Assembly (NCBI GenBank): GCA_963666115.2
Contig: CAXXET010000005.1
Span: 1 to 38,976 of the forward strand
Length of the DNA stretch: 38,976 bases
From: Dehalococcoidia bacterium
Lineage (GTDB): Bacteria > Chloroflexota > Dehalococcoidia > UBA6926
Reading direction: 5' to 3'
The notes under the pieces are model-generated. The model saw only the letters and a program-made list of their open reading frames with translations, was not told the origin of the DNA and did no database searches. Made by a program: the position numbers and the translations under genes. Shown here piece after piece: positions 36,176 to 38,976 of the stretch (position 1 is its first letter; each line of letters opens with the position of its first letter).

Positions 36176-37993
36176 ATGAACCGTCCCGCCCAAAAGTCGG
36201 GCGTTTGGTATAACGTTCGGATCTTCCTGCGACTGCAGACGTTCCTCCTGCCGTATTGGCGTCGGGCAGCGCTCACGTACGTCCTGCTGTTCATCTCCAG
36301 CGCCAGCGCCCTCGTCATCCCGTGGCTCTTTGGACAGGCAGTCGACCGACTCGTCGAGCAGGCGTCCGTCGGCACGATCCTCACAGTCGCAGGCTGGATC
36401 CTGGTTGCCGCCGTCATCCGCGGCGCCACGTCCTACGGCCAGAGCTATTTCAGCCAGGCCGTCTCCCAGCACGTGGCCTACGACCTGCGCAACGCTATGT
36501 ACGACCGGTTCCAGCGGCAGAGCTTCTCGTTCTTCGATACGTCACGGACAGCGGAACTAATGTCGCGGGCGACGGCGGACGTGGAGTCCGTGCGGATGCT
36601 GATGAGTTTCGCCCTGGTTCGCATCGTGCAGATCGCCGTCCTCCTCCTGATGGTCACCGTCGTCCTCCTACAATCAAACTGGCAGCTTGCGCTTGTCACG
36701 CTGGCCGTCCTGCCGTTCATCGCCTACCGCACAACGCGGACAAGCCGCCGCCTCCGCCCCGTCTGGCTCTCCGTCCAGCAGGAAATGGCGCACCTGAGCA
36801 CCGTCCTCCAGGAAAGCCTCTCCGGAATGCGCGTGGTCAAGGCGTTCGGGCGCGAAAAAGAGGAGACGGAGCGTTTCAACAAGCAGGCGCACGTGCTCTA
36901 CGAGCGCAACATCACGGCCAACGACGAGCAGGCCCTCAACACGTCGCTGATGACGTTCTCCGTGTACTTTGCCGCCGGCATCCAGCTCCTGTTCGGCGGG
37001 TACATGGTCATGCAGGGCGACATCACGCCCGGCGACCTGACCGCCTTCCTCTTCTACCTGCTGACCATTACCGTCTACATCCGCATGATCGGCTGGCTAG
37101 GCAACCAGCTTTCCCGCGCCGTCGCCTCCGGCGAGCGCATCTTCGAGATACTGGATGCCCGCCCGGAGGTGCGCGAGAAGCCGGACGCCGCGGACAACAC
37201 CGTCGTCGCCGGCCGGATCGCGTTCAACACCGTGTCGTTCGGGTACGGCGGGCGGGATGACGTGCTCCAGGACGTAACGTTCATGGCCGAGCCGGGGCAG
37301 GTCATCGCTGTGGTCGGAGCGACGGGAAGCGGCAAGACAACCCTCGTCAGCCTCATTCCGAGATTCTACGACCCGACGCGCGGGGCGGTCGTCATCGACG
37401 GCGTGGACGTGCGCAACATGACGCTGGATCACCTGCGCGGCTCGATCGGCCTCGTGCAGCAGGACGTTTTCCTGTTCTCCGCAACCATTCGCGACAACAT
37501 CGCCTACGGAGCGCCCGGGGCGCCGGATGAGGAGATCATCGCTGCGGCAAGCGCCGCGCGCCTCGACAGCTTCATCCGCAGCCTGCCGGACCAATACGAC
37601 ACGTGGGTCGGCGAGCGCGGCATCAACCTCTCCGGCGGGCAGCGGCAGCGGCTCGCCATCGCCCGCACCCTGCTGCTCGACCCGCGCATCCTGATCCTGG
37701 ACGACTCCTTATCCAGCGTGGACGCGGAAACAGAGCGACTGATCCAGCAGGCGCTCGACCGCGTGATGGAAGGGCGCACCACGATTGTCGTCGCCCAGCG
37801 GTTGGCCAGCGTTCTGCGCGCCGACCAGATACTCGTGCTGGACGAGGGCCGCATCGTGCAGCGCGGCACGCACGCCGAACTTATCGCATATCCGGGGCAC
37901 TACCGGCAGATCTACGAGCTGCAGCTTCGCCACCAGGAAGAGGCATATGAGGCCGCGCCGGATGGGATGCCAGTCGGGGGGGCGCGGCCATGA
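36176..37993 (+). CDS. ABC exporter, fused TMD-NBD half transporter (degenerate-site subunit)
   Basis: GATGSGKTT, LSGGQRQR, Walker B ILILDD (E to D), switch AQR (H to Q), as in TM287-type subunits. Confidence 0.93.
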   Translation: MNRPAQKSGVWYNVRIFLRLQTFLLPYWRRAALTYVLLFISSASALVIPWLFGQAVDRLVEQASVGTILTVAGWILVAAVIRGATSYGQSYFSQAVSQHVAYDLRNAMYDRFQRQSFSFFDTSRTAELMSRATADVESVRMLMSFALVRIVQIAVLLLMVTVVLLQSNWQLALVTLAVLPFIAYRTTRTSRRLRPVWLSVQQEMAHLSTVLQESLSGMRVVKAFGREKEETERFNKQAHVLYERNITANDEQALNTSLMTFSVYFAAGIQLLFGGYMVMQGDITPGDLTAFLFYLLTITVYIRMIGWLGNQLSRAVASGERIFEILDARPEVREKPDAADNTVVAGRIAFNTVSFGYGGRDDVLQDVTFMAEPGQVIAVVGATGSGKTTLVSLIPRFYDPTRGAVVIDGVDVRNMTLDHLRGSIGLVQQDVFLFSATIRDNIAYGAPGAPDEEIIAAASAARLDSFIRSLPDQYDTWVGERGINLSGGQRQRLAIARTLLLDPRILILDDSLSSVDAETERLIQQALDRVMEGRTTIVVAQRLASVLRADQILVLDEGRIVQRGTHAELIAYPGHYRQIYELQLRHQEEAYEAAPDGMPVGGARP

Positions 37994-38976
37994 TGGGCGG
38001 CGGGGGCGGCGGATTCGGCAGCTACGACGGCTGGGACGACGAGAATCTCGGCGCGGTCTATGACCGGCGCATTGCCATAAGGCTGATCCCGTACATCGCG
38101 CAATTCAAGCTCTGGGCCGCGATTGCCGTCGTCGGCATGTTGGCCGCGACGTTCAGCAGCGTCGCAATGCCCCTGTTCATCGGCCTCACCGTTGACACGG
38201 CCATCGCCACCGGCAACACGGCGCGGCTGGCATGGATGGCGGGGCTGTTCTTCGTGCTTGTCGTCATCAATGCCATCGGCCTGTGGCTCCAGTCCCCGCT
38301 ACATGGCCAAGGTGGCCGCACGCGATGCTGGTCAACATCCGCACGCAGCTCTTCGGCCACCTCCAAAAGCAATCGCTTGGCTTCTATGACAAGCAGCAGG
38401 TGGGGCGGCTCATGTCCCGCGTCGTGAGCGACGTCGAGCAGATCCAGCAGGTCATGACGGGCGGCGTCATCGGCACGCTCAGCGATGTTCTCACCCTGGT
38501 CGGCATCGTCGTCATCATGTTCGTCATGGACTGGTCGCTTGCGTCGGTCACGCTCAGCGTCGTCCCCGCCCTGATCATCATCTCCATCTTCTGGCAGAGG
38601 CGCGCCCGGGTGGCGTTCCTGCGCGTGCGCCGCGCCATTTCCGTCGTGAACGGGAGCCTGCAGGAGAACGTGTCCGGCGTGCGCGTCGTTCAGAGCATGA
38701 ACCGCGAGGACGAGAACATGCGCCGCTTTGACCGGATCAACCACGACCACCTTGACGCCAACCTGCGCGCCTCACGGCTGACCGCCGGCATGTTCCCATT
38801 GGTCGAGATCATGGTCGGCATCTCCATGGCGGTGGTAATCATCTACGGCGGATGGCAGGTCCTGCAGGGCGCGCTGACGGTGGGTTTCCTGGTCGCGTTC
38901 ACCTTGTGGGTGCAGCGGTTCTTTGATCCCATCCGCAACATCACCATGCAGTACACGGAACTCCAACGCGCCATGG
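37990..38976 (+). CDS. Partner ABC exporter half transporter; two apparent +1 frameshifts near 38295 and 38317; runs off the window
   Basis: The TMD N-terminus is in one frame. After removing two C bases it reads LWLQSRYMAKVAHAMLVNIRTQLFGHLQKQSLGFYDKQQVGRLMSRV...LQENVSGVRVVQS, open to the window end. Confidence 0.85.

Noticed and set aside
37640-37810. Degenerate Walker B (DD) and switch (Q) in the ABC NBD as a sign of inactivation
   Set aside because: This is normal for one subunit of heterodimeric ABC exporters.

Overview
A GC-rich (roughly 65% by eye) bacterial chromosomal segment, probably from Chloroflexota/Dehalococcoidia. That assignment is inferred from dapL, an archaeal-type iPGM, an ECF sigma with a DUF5667-like anti-sigma, and expanded MFS paralogues. 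Most of it is housekeeping: a MoxR-DUF58-DUF4129 operon, GGPP synthase/tsaC, guaA-purD-purE-purB, an oppD/F-like ATPase pair behind tRNA-Lys and tRNA-Leu, pgk-apgM-tpiA, miaA-dapF...dapL, rimI, an ECF sigma/anti-sigma pair and a heterodimeric ABC exporter. Accessory parts are a lower-GC type II restriction-modification pair after purB and four tandem MFS genes with an orphan antitoxin-like ORF between dapF and dapL. The most unusual features are: (1) PurD fused in frame to a four-helix membrane domain; (2) an unannotated ~135-nt RNA with its own promoter, terminator and pseudoknot-like pairing upstream of the methyltransferase; (3) a strand-specific G>A (C>T on the minus strand) synonymous-site footprint around REP-like repeats and the R-M junction; (4) two genes that appear to need non-canonical start codons; (5) an unannotated 58-aa basic ORF. 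I cannot demonstrate a clearly new multi-gene system from the sequence alone. All family assignments come from motif recognition, not database searches.
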